DNA from: Candidatus Poribacteria bacterium
Lineage (GTDB): Bacteria; Poribacteria; WGA-4E; PCPOR2b
NCBI GenBank assembly: GCA_965208325.1
Contig: OZ242326.1
Location: 3,520,001 to 3,584,000 of the forward strand
Reading direction: 5' to 3'
Length of the DNA: 64,000 nucleotides
Shown: positions 62,701 to 64,000 of the stretch, one piece after another
How positions within the stretch are numbered: the first letter of the stretch is position 1
How the letters are laid out: each line of letters starts with the position of its first letter
Notes under the pieces: generated by a model
What the model saw: the letters and a program-made list of their open reading frames with translations, nothing else
Told to the model about the DNA's origin: nothing
Databases searched by the model: none
Program-made: the position numbers and the translations under genes

Positions 62701-62873
62701 CCAATCGTGGTTTGGTTGTTGATTGGTGCGTGGCGTCCGAGATTCGCCTCGTAGAAGGTCGTCTGATAATCGAGGGGTTGGTAACCAAACCGCTCTCTCT
62801 GCGCATCGTTGGGCGGCGGCGAAACACGAGTTCCCCAAGTTTCGCCAGTATCGACGTTTTTTTCATGTTCCAT
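59787..62873 (-). CDS. large protein with a C-terminal (alpha/alpha)6 glycoside hydrolase-like domain
   Basis: Y..HTIRD.AY, QFDAQGQTLW, YGLLPP, NAFAYLGL, PH......YIHFLRNLML, APSHFG.V. Confidence 0.6.
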   Translation of the reverse strand: MEHEKNVDTGETWGTRVSPPPNDAQRERFGYQPLDYQTTFYEANLGRHAPINNQTTIGIPGTVPLPFSYLMRARYSEFDLRFGLLSDDGTEVLPYVLDNFKQESPGGWMPGCINQWDHQGVHYSVSVIVVPNDPQPFDLYAISLRNTASEPQKGKLIVTLDGAPSLQPDGGLISDRGKPMVIMDPVVSTERIARPIGCVDPRATPAAPWEHDAPRTTIWLRHRNGWYGTPIEYVMKVDNGEKLQVFLGYSGVPNITTPNWDEPYDKMEPDIRDLHTPLPREIIASVEGDPNPQKLKLERLKHVVQRFVGEDTDGDGYIKISVRSTPESRQPAMLSWIRAYKTDVELTPDVIEADVDGTIGEYIIDSEHHAGGPGAFLREVKSDADAQEMIGALLRYEMDVGRDFNDGISGLRDSFGVDLTAFSQRLHYAPTLQPGEERQYLLRVPAIDRPEPAPYGNPYHPYDTGESWRVHLEPRYPDNPADYGEDVPPDRNPGEYAIYGPKPITLWLEQEKSARNIRWEEALDRVSSYWNGFIASSTRFITPEPVIEATYRHHLATLVLHQTYLGKKDLPLMMCGPFYYWDHTIRDCAYQNIAMGYAGFLDEHRALVQTVLTPREELPRTRWTLGQWGTGDPSRDGIWVTRTRQFDAQGQTLWCALEYWLLSGDNEWLAQNYRSLTRGADWVIRMREAECHRLNQPERPEYGLLPPSSGEGGGGGHCFYVNAFAYLGLRLLAKAAGTLNKAQDASYYAEQAEDLKRALHRSIEMSFVRFNDFSGTIPTNVAIGEAQKEGTFETAFGGILVHPSRVMGPHDPLMDAFFRFREYLGNTTGGLMVWPYIFVDLALGYIHRGEPDRAANLFYAFLANGSTTHDWSEVQSLNVKYSEFTPPRRGIKGGGDSPHSEACSNYIHFLRNLMLLEDEEEILHIAPATPRKWLAQPEPIGVENAPSHFGRVTYHFSADPNQTTIRGDVQLCPQRKPSRLLIHVRGPSGKGLRCVKLNGQTWDAFLKDTIIVDKPPSNIRLETEYKRM

Positions 62874-63096
62874 ATTTTGTCCTCGCTTGGTTGGGGGGTA
62901 GGGATTCGCTACAGATGTATTGGATTTCTATCGCAGTGACTAGAACACTATCGCCTTCGCCATTCGCTCAGTAGATCGATGGGTTGCGCTACGTTCTTGT
63001 TCGAGTTGATGCAGTATCGAATAACCGGGTTCAATTGGAGTGCGAGACATATTTCATTGAATCCGCGCTACCCAACCTACGTTGCTACGTTACTCA

Positions 63097-64000
63097 TTAC
63101 TTACCCACCGCGTTGAGCATGTCGGAGAGGTTTACGAACTTGTCACGGACTTTTCCTGCTTTTTTCCCGTTCTCGGTCTCTAGGGAATCCAGTTTCTTCC
63201 AGTCTGCGAAAGTCAGATAGACGATGTTTCTGGAACTCAAGAGCCGTTCGACGGCTTGCGGCTGCATATTTTCGGACACCGGCGCGACTTTACCGTCAAT
63301 GTCCTCCATCATGCAGCGGACGGTCTCTGCTGAATCCGGTTTGTTGTCGCCCACGAGTCCTGAAGGACCGCGCTTCATCCAACCCACCACGTACTGTCCC
63401 GGTACGAATTTCCGGGTCTTGGGATCGATTACACGACCGCGTTCATTCGGGATAATTCCCCATTTCTCATGGAAGGGAACACCCGGCAGCGGGACACCGT
63501 GATATCCGACGGATCGGAAGACGGCGCCGCACGACAGGGTTTCGTATTCATCGGTTCCGCGAGGTCGGAGGCTGCCCGTGTCATCTTTATAAAGCACATT
63601 CTTCTCAATCTTGACGCCGGTCACCTTTCCATTTTCCCCTGTAATTTCGACGGGCGAACGCAGGAGTCGAAGGAAGACCTTTTTTGGATTCGTCCCCAGC
63701 CCTTCACCGGACTTTTCTGTAAGGTATGTGACATTCTGCCGCGCCTGTTTGCTATCAGTCAGTAATTTTCTGGAATCCTCGTCAAGTGCGACATCGGCGG
63801 GATCTACAACCAAGTCTACGCCTTCAAGCGCCCCAATTTCCTTTATTTCCTTCGGCGTGAAAGCTGCCTGTGCGGCGCCCCGGCGGCCGAGAATCACAAT
63901 TTCCTTTACGCGGCTTTTTCGCAAGGATTCCAGTGCGTAGTCGGATATATCGGTCTTTGCCAACTCATCGGTCGACTTTGCGAGAACGCGCGCTACATCC
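63097..64000 (-). CDS. ferredoxin--NADP+ reductase (FprA/adrenodoxin-reductase-like), 5' end beyond the window
   Basis: DVARVLAK, GRRGAAQAAFT.KE, RSVGY, GWMKRGPSG. Confidence 0.9.
   Translation of the reverse strand, partial: DVARVLAKSTDELAKTDISDYALESLRKSRVKEIVILGRRGAAQAAFTPKEIKEIGALEGVDLVVDPADVALDEDSRKLLTDSKQARQNVTYLTEKSGEGLGTNPKKVFLRLLRSPVEITGENGKVTGVKIEKNVLYKDDTGSLRPRGTDEYETLSCGAVFRSVGYHGVPLPGVPFHEKWGIIPNERGRVIDPKTRKFVPGQYVVGWMKRGPSGLVGDNKPDSAETVRCMMEDIDGKVAPVSENMQPQAVERLLSSRNIVYLTFADWKKLDSLETENGKKAGKVRDKFVNLSDMLNAVGK

Overview
Chromosomal window from a Gram-negative bacterium, probably Candidatus Poribacteria. This is an inference from the C-terminal QNYPNPFNPETWIPYQL domain protein, tandem PhyH dioxygenases, an ASPIC/UnbV FG-GAP protein and TTACGCA-type intergenic heptamers. 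Most of the window is mixed housekeeping and accessory genes: glnA-glnB with a sigma54 promoter, dcd, rnhB-yraN, ftsH-folP-acpS, PepF, ABC-F, a TonB receptor, an AtuA/flavin monooxygenase cluster and glycoside hydrolases. The standout is a two-gene module at 1569-5435. An ECF sigma factor is followed by a single 1039-aa polypeptide that is a miniaturised, in-order fusion of RNA polymerase beta and beta' core segments. It keeps both double-psi barrel motifs and the sigma2-binding clamp helices, lacks the flap, beta' Zn domain and a recognisable trigger loop, and reads NANFDGD in place of the catalytic NADFDGD. A candidate ECF-type promoter lies upstream. Other notable items: a PhyH paralogue with an HxA halogenase-type motif, a GcvH-like protein without the lipoyl lysine next to an ADP-ribosylglycohydrolase, a PspA plus AAA ATPase cluster, four genes apparently starting at ATA behind good Shine-Dalgarno sites, two pseudogenes, and several dispersed REP/MITE-like repeats. 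All alignments to known proteins were made by eye from remembered motifs.
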